Origin: Myxococcota bacterium
Lineage (GTDB): Bacteria; Myxococcota_A; UBA796; SXON01
Reading direction: 5' to 3'
DNA: 64,000 nt
Assembly: GCA_040386535.1 (NCBI GenBank)
Contig: JAZKFH010000002.1
Span: forward strand, 1-64,000
Shown: positions 46,298 to 55,678 of the stretch, one piece after another
Position numbering within the stretch: position 1 is the stretch's first letter
Layout of the letters: the number at the start of each line of letters is the position of its first letter
Translations under genes and position numbers: made by a program
The notes under the pieces: model-generated
The model's input: the letters and a program-made list of their open reading frames with translations, nothing else
Databases searched by the model: none
What the model was told of the DNA's origin: nothing

Positions 46298-48034
46298 ATG
46301 CACATCCTGGGCGTTTCCTGCTTCTACCATGACGCTGCTGCCTGCCTCCTGTCGGACGGGCGCGTCGTCGCCGCGGCCTCGGAAGAGGCGTTCACCCGCA
46401 AGAAGCACGATTCGCGCCTGCCGGTCGAAGCGATCCGCTACGCGCTCGGGGAAGCCGGCATCCAGGCGGGCGATCTCTCCGCGATCATCTACTATGACAA
46501 GCCCATCCGGAAGCTCGACCGTTCGTTGCGGACGTTCATCGACACGTTTCCGAGCGGTTTCGGCGCCTTCATCCGGAAGATGCCGCACCTCGCGGGCGTC
46601 CAGCTCCGCCTCCCGAGCGAGCTGAAGAAGGAGCTCGGGTACACCGGGGCCGTGCTCTACTCGGAGCACCACCTCTCCCACGCGGCGAGCGCTTTTTATT
46701 GCTCGGGTTGGGAGGAGGCCGCAATCCTCACGGTCGACGGCGTGGGGGAGTGGGCCACGTCCTCCTGGGGTGTGGGTCGGGGCGGCCAGATCCAGCTGAC
46801 GGGAGAGACCCGGTTCCCCCACTCGCTCGGCCTGCTCTACAGCGCGGTGACGCTCTACCTCGGCTTCAAGGTCAACTCCGCCGAGTACAAGGTCATGGGC
46901 CTCGCGCCCTACGGCGAGCCGCTCTACGTCGACAAGATCCGCCAGCTCATCCACGTGGCGCCCGACGGCACGTTCCGCCTCGACATGCGCTACTTCGCCT
47001 TCGACCGCGGCGAGCGGATGTACAACGCGGCGTTCGAGCACCTCTTCGGCCGCCCGGGCCGCCCCATCGAGGAGGGCGAGCTCGAGCAGTTCCACAAGGA
47101 CGTCGCGCGCTCGCTGCAGGTGGTGGTGGACGACGTGATGGTCCGCCTCGCGACGACCGTCGTGAAGGAAACCGGCGTGAAGAAGCTCTGCCTCGCCGGC
47201 GGCGTCGCGCTCAACTGCGTGGCGAACGGCGAGATCCTCCGGCGCGCCCCGGTGGACGACATCTACATCCAACCCTCCGCGGGAGACGCGGGCGGGGCCA
47301 TGGGCGCGGCGTTCGTGGCGTGGAACGGCCTGCTCAAGAAGCCACGCGGCCCGCGCCTGGAGTCGGTCTACCTCGGCCCCGGTTACGAGGAGCCCACGGT
47401 CAAGGCCGCCCTCGACGCCGCGGGCGCGGTGTACCGCCGCTTCGATCGGGACGAGCTCCTCGCCGAGACCGTCTCGCAGCTCACCAACGGCAAGGTCGTG
47501 GGTTGGTTCCAGGGACGCATGGAGTGGGGGCCGCGGGCGCTCGGGCACCGCAGCATCCTCGGCGATCCGCGCCATCCCGAGATGCGCGACATCATCAACC
47601 GCAAGATCAAGATGCGAGAGGGCTTCCGCCCCTTCGCGCCCGCGGTGTTGGAAGAGGCGTGCGCGGATTGGTTCCAGCTCGACCGCCCCTCCCCCTACAT
47701 GCTGCTCGTGGCGCCGGTGCGCGAGGACAAGCCTCCCCTGCCCTCCATCACCCACGTGGACGGCTCGGCGCGCATCCAGACCATCAACCGCGACCAGGAC
47801 GCGCTGTACTACGACCTCATCAAGGCCTTCGGCGAGAAGACCGGCGTGCCCGTGCTCATCAACACGAGCATGAACGTGCGTGGCGAGCCGATGGTGTGCA
47901 GCCCCGAGGACGCGTGGCGCTGCTTCATGCGCACGGAGATGGACGTACTCGTGGCCGGGCCGTTCGTGCTCCGCAAGGAGGACCAGCCGACTGTCGCGCT
48001 CAAGAGCGCGGCGGAGGAGTTCGGTCTGGACTGA
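46298..48034 (+). CDS. Carbamoyltransferase (NodU/CmcH family)
   Basis: YHDAAA, EHHLSHAAS, DGVGE, EYKVMGLAPYG, AGGVALN, GPRALGHRS, FRPFAP, THVDGSAR, NTS. Confidence 0.93.
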   Translation: MHILGVSCFYHDAAACLLSDGRVVAAASEEAFTRKKHDSRLPVEAIRYALGEAGIQAGDLSAIIYYDKPIRKLDRSLRTFIDTFPSGFGAFIRKMPHLAGVQLRLPSELKKELGYTGAVLYSEHHLSHAASAFYCSGWEEAAILTVDGVGEWATSSWGVGRGGQIQLTGETRFPHSLGLLYSAVTLYLGFKVNSAEYKVMGLAPYGEPLYVDKIRQLIHVAPDGTFRLDMRYFAFDRGERMYNAAFEHLFGRPGRPIEEGELEQFHKDVARSLQVVVDDVMVRLATTVVKETGVKKLCLAGGVALNCVANGEILRRAPVDDIYIQPSAGDAGGAMGAAFVAWNGLLKKPRGPRLESVYLGPGYEEPTVKAALDAAGAVYRRFDRDELLAETVSQLTNGKVVGWFQGRMEWGPRALGHRSILGDPRHPEMRDIINRKIKMREGFRPFAPAVLEEACADWFQLDRPSPYMLLVAPVREDKPPLPSITHVDGSARIQTINRDQDALYYDLIKAFGEKTGVPVLINTSMNVRGEPMVCSPEDAWRCFMRTEMDVLVAGPFVLRKEDQPTVALKSAAEEFGLD

Positions 48035-48061
48035 AGGGCCCTGCCGTAAGGCGCTCGGCCC

Positions 48062-49279
48062 CTACCCTTCCAGCCGCTTCTTCGCTTCGAGGACGTGCGG
48101 CGCGCGCTTGCCCGCCTTGGAGAGGAACTTCTCGAGGTGTGGGCGCGCCTCCTCGCTCCGGCCCAGGCGGTGGAGCGCGTCGGCGTAGTACCACCAGGTG
48201 TCGGCGGGCACCTTCTTCATCTCCAGCGCCGCGACGAAGTACTCGAGTGATCCTTCGGCGTCGCCCGCGCGCAGCTTGGCCGCGCCCCGGAGCCGCGAGG
48301 TGGCCGCGCTCACGGGCAGGAACGGCTCGACCTTCGCGAACAGCTCGAACGCCTCGGCCGCGAGCAGGTGGTCGCCGAAGGTGACGATCTCGTCCGCATC
48401 GGCCGCCCAGTAGGTGACCGTGCCGATCTGCAGCGCCCAGGTCGCTTCGACCGCGCCGGGGCGCTTCATCCAGAGCCTGCGCGGCGGCGTGGGGAGCGGC
48501 AGCTTCTTCACGCCCTCGCTCGTCGCGCGGATCACGCCCTGGCGCGGATCGGCCTGGGCGGTCGTGATGGCGACCATCGCGCCGGGCACGGCGTCCTCGT
48601 CGATCGCGCCGGCGTCGATGCCGAGATCGCTCCACACGCCGGTGTAGGCCGCGGGCCACTCCAGGCGCTGCTGGGCCTCCCCCGCCACGGTGGCGATGAG
48701 CCGCAGCCCGTTCTCGGCGAGGCGGCGCACCCCGTCGAGCGCGGAGGTGTAGCCGACGATCGAGCACACCCGCGCAATCTCGGCCTGCGTGTCGGGACGC
48801 ACGCGCGGATCGTCGAAGAGCGCGACCACGCGGGCCTCGAGCTCGGTGTCGCCGTTGACGGCGGCGCTCGTGCACAGGCGCCAGAGGCCCACGCACGCGC
48901 CGAGCCGCACGTCTCCCCGGGGATCGCGCAGGGCCCCGAGGATCCGGCTCGTGGCGTCGGGGACGTTGAGCGTGCCGCACACCTGGAAGATGCCCGGGTT
49001 GACGCTCGGGTCCGTGGTCTTGATCGAGGCCCACAACGCGGCGCGCGTGTCGTCCGGGATCTCCGCGGCGCGGGGGGCGAGACGCCAGCGCGAGAGAATG
49101 TCGGCGGCCGCGGCGGCGGCGCCGAGCCGCACCCCCGGCGAGGGATCGGACACGGCGCGCTGGAGCAGCGTCGGCAAGTGCTCGGGCGTGCCCTTGGCGG
49201 CGAGGTCGCGGGCGCCGGCGGCGCGGGTCGCGAGATCCTTGGCGGAAAGGGCGGCGAGGGGGTCGGCGGTCTCAGACAT
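48062..49279 (-). CDS. HEAT-repeat and TPR protein
   Basis: DPSPGVRLGAA and DPRGDVRLGAC HEAT units; C-terminal TPR. Confidence 0.75.
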   Translation of the reverse strand: MSETADPLAALSAKDLATRAAGARDLAAKGTPEHLPTLLQRAVSDPSPGVRLGAAAAAADILSRWRLAPRAAEIPDDTRAALWASIKTTDPSVNPGIFQVCGTLNVPDATSRILGALRDPRGDVRLGACVGLWRLCTSAAVNGDTELEARVVALFDDPRVRPDTQAEIARVCSIVGYTSALDGVRRLAENGLRLIATVAGEAQQRLEWPAAYTGVWSDLGIDAGAIDEDAVPGAMVAITTAQADPRQGVIRATSEGVKKLPLPTPPRRLWMKRPGAVEATWALQIGTVTYWAADADEIVTFGDHLLAAEAFELFAKVEPFLPVSAATSRLRGAAKLRAGDAEGSLEYFVAALEMKKVPADTWWYYADALHRLGRSEEARPHLEKFLSKAGKRAPHVLEAKKRLEG

Positions 49280-49373
49280 GCCCGTGGTTCGTAGCACCGA
49301 GCGCGTGGATGCGCCCGACCCGTTTGGCGCGACCGGCCTCCACCGGGGCCACGGCCGGCGATAAGGGGCACGG

Positions 49374-50546
49374 ATGTTCCTGCTCGCCCTGTTCGCCTGC
49401 ACGCCCGATGTCCGCGGCCTCTACGAATCCGAGCGCACGGCCGCGCTGGAGGTGGCGACGGAGCGGCCGCGCGACTGGTTGCCCGACGTGACCTTGCAGA
49501 TCGCGGGGCCCGACTTCGAGGAGGCCGTCAGCGTCGCGTTGAAGGCCGCCCTCACCCGCACGCAGGACCCGCTGGTCGTCCCGATCGGCCTCGGCTTCGA
49601 GGCGAAGCTCAAGCCCGTGTTCACCATCGAGGAGGCGGTGCTCCGCACGAGCGACACCTGCCCGTCGTGCCTCTCCTTCGACGCCGAGCTCAACGGCAAG
49701 GCGACGTGGTCGCTCGGCCCCTCCTCCGGCACCGTGCCCCTCGACGTGAGCGCCCAGGGGGTGTTCGCGCTCGAGGTCGCGAACGGAAATGTCATCCAGG
49801 CCGTGCCGCGCGCCATCACCTCGGTCAAGGTGAAGGTGATGGACTTCAATGGGTTGAAGGTGAACCCCTCGAAGCAGATTCAGGAGTGGCTGACCGACCA
49901 GCTCTCCGACCGCATCCCGAAGATCAAGATCGTCGAGCTCGACACGTCCCTGCTCCCCCTGCGCGATCTGCGGCTCCGCAGCCAGGCCGGCGCCGTGCGG
50001 ATCGAGGCCCTGAGCGACGTGCCGGGCGCGCGCCCGGTGGGCAACATCGAGGTGCCGACGGACGGGGTGCGCCTCGCCATCTCCGAGACCGCGCTGATCG
50101 GCCTCGCGCGCCGCGCGGCGTTCCAGCAGGGCGAGCTCACGATGGACGTGTACGCCGACCCGCTGGAGATGAACGTCGAGGGCACGCAGTTCACCCTCGA
50201 CCTGCGGCTCTGGCGGCTCGTGGGCCGCGGGTGGTGGCGCGACTACCGCATCTTCGGCGATCTCGCGGTCAAGGGCGGCGCCATCCAGCTCGTGCCGTCC
50301 CGCGTCGAGGAGCTCGGCAAGTCGCCCGGCGCCGGCCTGGTCGACCCCCTCGCCGCGCTCTTCGAGGGCCAGATCCTCCAGGCGATCACGCGTTCGGTGG
50401 CACAGACCCTCCCCGGGGCGCGCGCGCAGGACCTCGGCGTCGTGCAGCTGCGCGCGGAGACCAACCTCGTGTCGGGGCGCGAGGGCACCCTGGTCGTCGA
50501 CGGCAAGCTCCTCGTGCGCGCACCGGACACGGCGAAGGGGCCGTGA
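49374..50546 (+). CDS. Hypothetical lipoprotein
   Basis: MFLLALFAC start; beta-rich two-part body; CPSC. Confidence 0.75.
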   Translation: MFLLALFACTPDVRGLYESERTAALEVATERPRDWLPDVTLQIAGPDFEEAVSVALKAALTRTQDPLVVPIGLGFEAKLKPVFTIEEAVLRTSDTCPSCLSFDAELNGKATWSLGPSSGTVPLDVSAQGVFALEVANGNVIQAVPRAITSVKVKVMDFNGLKVNPSKQIQEWLTDQLSDRIPKIKIVELDTSLLPLRDLRLRSQAGAVRIEALSDVPGARPVGNIEVPTDGVRLAISETALIGLARRAAFQQGELTMDVYADPLEMNVEGTQFTLDLRLWRLVGRGWWRDYRIFGDLAVKGGAIQLVPSRVEELGKSPGAGLVDPLAALFEGQILQAITRSVAQTLPGARAQDLGVVQLRAETNLVSGREGTLVVDGKLLVRAPDTAKGP

Positions 50547-51694
50547 AGGCCCGCGCCCGGGAACGAGCGCCACGACGATCCGTCCGCCGCGCCGCGCTCG
50601 GCGTCGCGATCGGCGTGGCGTTGCTCCTCGGGGCCGAGCTCCTCGCGCGTGCTCAGCCCGTACCGGCCGCCGGCGCCCCCCTCGGGGACGCCGTGAAGGG
50701 CTCCGTCCTCTTGAACGGCGATCCCTGGCTGCTCTGGAGCCTCGCCCCCGGCGACCACGAGGAGGTGGGCGTGCCCGTGCACGTCAACGCCCTCGGGATG
50801 CGCGATCGCGACCGCGGCCCCAAGGCCGGCCCGCGCGCCCTGGCCCTCGGCGACTCCAGCGTCTACGGGTTCGGCGTCCGCGACGAGCAGGTGTTCACCT
50901 CGCTCCTCGAGCAGCGGACCGCCGCGGAGTTCGTGAACGCCGCGGTCCCCGGCTACTCCACCTTCCAGGCGCTCAACCTCCTCGACATGCGCGGGTGGGC
51001 CCTCTCCCCCGACGTGTTGATCGTCGGCACCTTGTGGTCCGACAACAACTTCGACAGCTTCACCGACCGGGATCTGCTCGCCAGCTACGCCGGGTGGCAG
51101 GCGTCGGCCGGCCGCTCGCTGCGGATGGGCCTGGAGGCCTCGTCCCTGTTCCGCTGGCTCGATTGGACGGTGAGGGTCGCGCCCCAGGGGGCCCGGGCGC
51201 GGAAGGTGGGATGGCAGGTCGGAGGCGACGATCCGCGTACCGGGTCGCGGCGCGTCGACATCCGGAGCTACGCCGCCAACCTCGACGCGCTGTGCGCACG
51301 GATGTACGCCCGCGACGGCGGCGTGGTGTTCCTGGTCCTCGCGAACCGTGAGGACGTAGAGCCGCTCTCCGCGGACCCCGCCTGGGCGCCGTACCGGCGG
51401 GCCATGCGCGAGACCGCGGCGCGGTGGGGGGCCGCGATCGCCGAGGCGCCGTCGGCGTTCCAGGCGAGCGGCCGCAGCGCCGACGCGTTGTTCCTCGATC
51501 AGATGCACCCGACGCCGCTGGGGCACCAGGTCCTGGCGGACGTGGTGGGCGCCGCGCTGGCCGCGCGTGGCTGGCCGGAGCGCCCGCTCACGCTGACACA
51601 GCCGCCGTCCGCGCTGGTCGTGCCCACGGATCCGTTCGAAGGGCGCGGGCGTGAGGAGCCGGCGGGGAACGTACCGGGGAAGGCCTCCCGGTAG
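50543..51694 (+). CDS. SGNH/GDSL hydrolase family protein
   Basis: TM anchor; LGDS, NAAVPGY, DQMHP; GTGA overlap. Confidence 0.85.
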   Translation: MKARARERAPRRSVRRAALGVAIGVALLLGAELLARAQPVPAAGAPLGDAVKGSVLLNGDPWLLWSLAPGDHEEVGVPVHVNALGMRDRDRGPKAGPRALALGDSSVYGFGVRDEQVFTSLLEQRTAAEFVNAAVPGYSTFQALNLLDMRGWALSPDVLIVGTLWSDNNFDSFTDRDLLASYAGWQASAGRSLRMGLEASSLFRWLDWTVRVAPQGARARKVGWQVGGDDPRTGSRRVDIRSYAANLDALCARMYARDGGVVFLVLANREDVEPLSADPAWAPYRRAMRETAARWGAAIAEAPSAFQASGRSADALFLDQMHPTPLGHQVLADVVGAALAARGWPERPLTLTQPPSALVVPTDPFEGRGREEPAGNVPGKASR

Positions 51695-51700
51695 CTCGGA

Positions 51701-52114
51701 TCAGGCCTGTTCCAGCCCGTCCCGGAGGGTGAGCAGCGCCTTCTTCCACGCCACGTCGAGCGCGGTGCGCAGCGCCTCGTCCTCGAGCGGGGCGCCGATG
51801 TGCTGGACGTTCAGGATGGTCTCCTTGCCGTCCCGCGCGACCTGGAACTGGGTCAGCGTGTTCTTCCACGGGCCGGCCGAGTACTTGTCCCAGCTGATCT
51901 CGAGCTTGGCGGTGGGGCGGAAGACGTGGAGCAACCCCGCCTCTTCGACCACGGCGCCCTCGGGACCCACCTTCACCACGATGCGGCCGCCCTGCCGGGG
52001 ATCGACCCGGGCCTCGGAGCCGAGCCAGGGGACCAGCCCCTCGGGCGTGGTCAGGGCGTTCCAAACGGCGCGCGGGGTGGCCGCGATGCTGATCTGACGG
52101 CGGATCGTCGACAT
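51701..52114 (-). CDS. SRPBCC/AHSA1-like protein
   Basis: VWNALTTPEGLVPW, DPRQGG, C-terminal W helix. Confidence 0.85.
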   Translation of the reverse strand: MSTIRRQISIAATPRAVWNALTTPEGLVPWLGSEARVDPRQGGRIVVKVGPEGAVVEEAGLLHVFRPTAKLEISWDKYSAGPWKNTLTQFQVARDGKETILNVQHIGAPLEDEALRTALDVAWKKALLTLRDGLEQA

Positions 52115-52199
52115 GGGTCCTCGCGAGCTTCTTTCGGAGACGGGGGCGACGCTTAGCGGCTTTGTCGGGTCCGCGCACGGACACGTTACGGGGGACGAG

Positions 52200-53306
52200 A
52201 TGGGAATGCTCACCCTGCTCGTTGCTTGCAACGGCCCCGGCAAGGACGAACCCGGCCCGCATGGGCCCGATCTCGACGGGGATGACGATGGAAGCGTCGT
52301 CGCCGACGATTGTGACGACACCGACGCATCGGTGTTCCCGGGCGCCGCCGAGGTGCCGGAGGACGGCATCGATCAAGACTGTGACGGCGCGGATCCCCTC
52401 GCCGAGCGCACGTGGAACGGCACCGTGCCGGACGAGGGATTCGGTACGCGCGTGCTCGTGACCTCTTCCGGTGTCGTAGTGGGCGCCCCCTTTTCGGGTG
52501 ATCCGGCGTCCGCGGCGGATGGGCGGGTCTACAGCGTCGCGCTCGCCACCGGCGCCGCCGTGTCCCTCGAGGGAGCCGACGGGGAGCGGGTGGGCACCGC
52601 GTTGGCCTCGCTCGCGGACGGGACGTTGCTCGTCGGCGTGCCGGGGTCGGGCGGTGTCCGCACCCTCGCGGGGGCCTCGTTGCTGACGTTGGCGGGCGCG
52701 GGGGGCGTGCTCGCCGCGCGGGACGCCGCGTGGGTGACCAGCACGGCCACCGGGGCCATCCGCGACGACGGCACCCGGCTCGATTGGGACCGTCGGCCCG
52801 ACGCCCTTGCCCTTGGTGGGGATGGCGCCGTGTGGGCCGGCTTCGCCCGTGGTGACGCGGCGCTCCGGACCGAGGGCGGCTCGGTCGCACGCGCCACCCC
52901 GACCGACGAGGCCGGCTTCTGCCTGCTCCTGGCGGACGTCGGTGCGGACGGCGTGGAGGACCTCGTCGTCGGGGCGCCCGGCGCCGGCCTCGTCTACGTG
53001 CTCGATCCCGCCGCGCTCCCCACCAGCCTGGCCGACGCCACGCCCGTGGGCCCGGGTGCGGGGCGGTTCGGGGCGGCGCTCGCCGTCGATGCCGCGGGCG
53101 TGCTCTACGTCGGGGCGCCGATGGCGGGCGCCACCGTCGAGGGCGCGGTCTACACGGTGGTGGACGGGGTGGTGACCCCCCGGTGGACCGGGGCGGCCCC
53201 GGGGGATCAGCTCGGGTACGCGCTCGCGGCGGGGCGCGAGTCGCTCGTGATGGGCGCACCGGGCGAGGCCGCGTCCCCCGGCGCGCTGACGATCGTGGTG
53301 CCGTGA
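52200..53306 (+). CDS. Lipoprotein with MopE-related motif and FG-GAP repeats
   Basis: MLTLLVAC; DCDD..FPGA.E..DGIDQDCDG; VGAP repeats. Confidence 0.8.
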   Translation: MGMLTLLVACNGPGKDEPGPHGPDLDGDDDGSVVADDCDDTDASVFPGAAEVPEDGIDQDCDGADPLAERTWNGTVPDEGFGTRVLVTSSGVVVGAPFSGDPASAADGRVYSVALATGAAVSLEGADGERVGTALASLADGTLLVGVPGSGGVRTLAGASLLTLAGAGGVLAARDAAWVTSTATGAIRDDGTRLDWDRRPDALALGGDGAVWAGFARGDAALRTEGGSVARATPTDEAGFCLLLADVGADGVEDLVVGAPGAGLVYVLDPAALPTSLADATPVGPGAGRFGAALAVDAAGVLYVGAPMAGATVEGAVYTVVDGVVTPRWTGAAPGDQLGYALAAGRESLVMGAPGEAASPGALTIVVP

Positions 53307-54019
53307 CCCGCCCCGGAGCGCGCGCCGAACACGGGTGGCGCGAGGTGCCGGGCGGCTACGAGATCGGGGACGGCCCGCCGATCGTGCTGCTCCCGGGCAT
53401 CCGGGGCGACGCCACCGAGTTCGTCCGGCTCGTGCCGCGCCTTCACGGGTGGCGGGTCCGGCTGGTGACGCTCCCCGACGCCGGGCCTCGGCTCGCCGAC
53501 ATCGCGGCGGCGGTGGCTCGGGATCTGCCCGCTGGCGACTGGGACGTGGTCGGTGCGAGCTTCGGTGGCCTCGTCGGCTGGGCGCTCCCGAAGTCGCGCG
53601 TGCGCACACTCACGACGATCGGCACCCTCCCCCACCCCACGCCCCGCGCCCGCCGCATGCGGTGGGCCGCCGCCGTCCTCCGGCGGGCCCCTCACCGGCT
53701 GTACCGCGAGTACTACGGGCCCCGCGCCCGCGCGTCGCTCCAGGAGGACGGCGCGGACGGCACCCTGCTCGATTCCGTGTCCCTTCCATCTCGCGACGTG
53801 ATGGCCGACCGTCTCTCCGCCATCGCCGCCTGGGGCCTGCCGCGCGTCGCGCCGGGGCGCCGGCCCACGTGGATCTGGGGCGCGACCGACCGGTTCGCCA
53901 CCTGGACGCCGGCCGACGTGCGGGGCGAGGGCCTCGAGCCCATCGTCGTCCCCGGCGGCCACCGCCCCCACCTGTCCCACCCCACCGAGGTCGCGCGGTG
54001 GCTCCCCCGCCCGGATTGA
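53303..54019 (+). CDS. Alpha/beta hydrolase
   Basis: LLPGI, GASFGG, WGATD, GGH; GTGA overlap. Confidence 0.8.
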   Translation: MTRPGARAEHGWREVPGGYEIGDGPPIVLLPGIRGDATEFVRLVPRLHGWRVRLVTLPDAGPRLADIAAAVARDLPAGDWDVVGASFGGLVGWALPKSRVRTLTTIGTLPHPTPRARRMRWAAAVLRRAPHRLYREYYGPRARASLQEDGADGTLLDSVSLPSRDVMADRLSAIAAWGLPRVAPGRRPTWIWGATDRFATWTPADVRGEGLEPIVVPGGHRPHLSHPTEVARWLPRPD

Positions 54020-54154
54020 GCCCGATCGTCGGTTGAGGTCCGGCCGCACGCCCGAAGGGCTCCCGCTCGGATCGCCGAATACTGCCAAGGATGCGTCAGG
54101 ATCGACACGATCGGCGGTGCCAGCGGCTACCATGCGCGGCGTCCCGAGTGCCCC

Positions 54155-55663
54155 ATGCTCCTCTCCCTCCTGCCCTTCGCCCTGGCCAGCGAGCCCCCCG
54201 GCCTCGGGTCGGTGCGTCCGCCGTGCGGCTCCATGGCGACCCTCGCGGCGCTCGGCCCCGCGCCGTTCCTGCCCGCGCCGCCGCCCGGCCCGGACGACGA
54301 GAAGGACGACCGCGACGCCGAGGAGGACGACTACCCCAACCAGCTCGAGAGCGAGAACTTCACGATCAAGTGGGGCCGGTCGGGCGACGTGGACGAGGAC
54401 GCGGTGGAGGCCCTGCTCGTGTCCTTCGAGGAGGCGTGGGCCGCCGAGGTCGACCGGATGGGGCACCCCGCGCCCGCCGGCACCTCCGAGTACCTCTTCA
54501 ACGTCTACATCGGCGACACGGGGAACGGCGCGCCCGACGGCTACGGCACGTCCGGCTACTTCAACCGCGACCGGGACGGCTACCCGATGATCGTCGTCAG
54601 CGCGGCTACGCTCGCGGACGAGGATTGGGCGCGGGGCACGGCCACGCACGAGTTCTACCACGCGATCCAGGACGGGACCGGACGCTACGAGTACAGCGGC
54701 GAGAGCGCCTGGTATTGGGAGGCCACCGCGATGTGGGTGGAGGGCGAGGTGCTCCCCGATCAGGACGACTACGTCGCGTTCCTGTTCGGCTACGGGCTCC
54801 TTCCGCAGCTCCCCGTCTACTTCTTCGACTACCCCGACACCGGCGCGCTGCAGGAGTACCACCAGTACGGGGCGATGATCTTCCCCCGCTACGTGTCCGA
54901 GATCGCGGCGGACTGGGAGCTCGTGCGCGACTCCTGGACCGCCGACGTCGACGCCGACACCCCCCAGGACGCGCTCGCCGTCCTGCTCGCGGACCGGGGT
55001 GTCGACTTCGCGGACGCGTTCGGCGACTTCGCCGCGCGCAACGCCACGTGGGACTACGCCGACGGCGAGCTCTACACCCAGTGGGTCGAGTGGTACGCCG
55101 ACTACTACCCCTCCGACGACCACCGCGTCGTCGCCGAGGTGGAGCGCACGGGAACCGACGGCGTGGTCGCGGCACCGGAGGACACGCTCCCCGGTCGGTA
55201 CGCCTACAACGTCGTGACGCTGCCTCGCCCGGGAGACGAAGATCTCGTCGTGCGCTTCGAGAGCGCCGAGTCCGGGACCAAGGGCAGCGCCGCGGCATGG
55301 CGTGTCACCGTCGTGCGCGAGCAGGAGGCCGGAGGGGTCACGTACATGCCGATCCTGCTCGAGAACGGGGCCGGCGAGGTGCGGCTCGAAGACGTGGGGG
55401 ACGAGCAGATCCACCTCGTGGCCGCGGCCGTGGCGCCCACCGCCCGCACCGACGAAACGTTCACGTGGTCCTACGGGTTCACGCTCGCGGCGGACCCCGA
55501 CGACGAGCCGACCGACACGGACATCGACACCGACGCGCCGGCCGCGCTGCCGGACGAGGTCGAGGTCGGGGCGTGTGGATGCGCGTCGGGCGGGGACGGC
55601 GGCAACGCGGCCGGCCTTCTCCTGCTCGCGGGCCTCGCCCTCGCGGGCCGCCGCAGGGACTGA
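54155..55663 (+). CDS. MXAN_6640-like zinc metalloprotease with MYXO-CTERM-like tail
   Basis: THEFYHAIQ, WYWEATAMWVE; C-terminal CGC, hydrophobic helix and RRR. Confidence 0.85.
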   Translation: MLLSLLPFALASEPPGLGSVRPPCGSMATLAALGPAPFLPAPPPGPDDEKDDRDAEEDDYPNQLESENFTIKWGRSGDVDEDAVEALLVSFEEAWAAEVDRMGHPAPAGTSEYLFNVYIGDTGNGAPDGYGTSGYFNRDRDGYPMIVVSAATLADEDWARGTATHEFYHAIQDGTGRYEYSGESAWYWEATAMWVEGEVLPDQDDYVAFLFGYGLLPQLPVYFFDYPDTGALQEYHQYGAMIFPRYVSEIAADWELVRDSWTADVDADTPQDALAVLLADRGVDFADAFGDFAARNATWDYADGELYTQWVEWYADYYPSDDHRVVAEVERTGTDGVVAAPEDTLPGRYAYNVVTLPRPGDEDLVVRFESAESGTKGSAAAWRVTVVREQEAGGVTYMPILLENGAGEVRLEDVGDEQIHLVAAAVAPTARTDETFTWSYGFTLAADPDDEPTDTDIDTDAPAALPDEVEVGACGCASGGDGGNAAGLLLLAGLALAGRRRD

Positions 55664-55678
55664 CTTGGAGGCCTGACT

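Noticed and set aside
44573..47755. 1060-aa minus-strand ORF and other long low-complexity ORFs
   Set aside because: They overlap well-supported genes in other frames and have no motifs.
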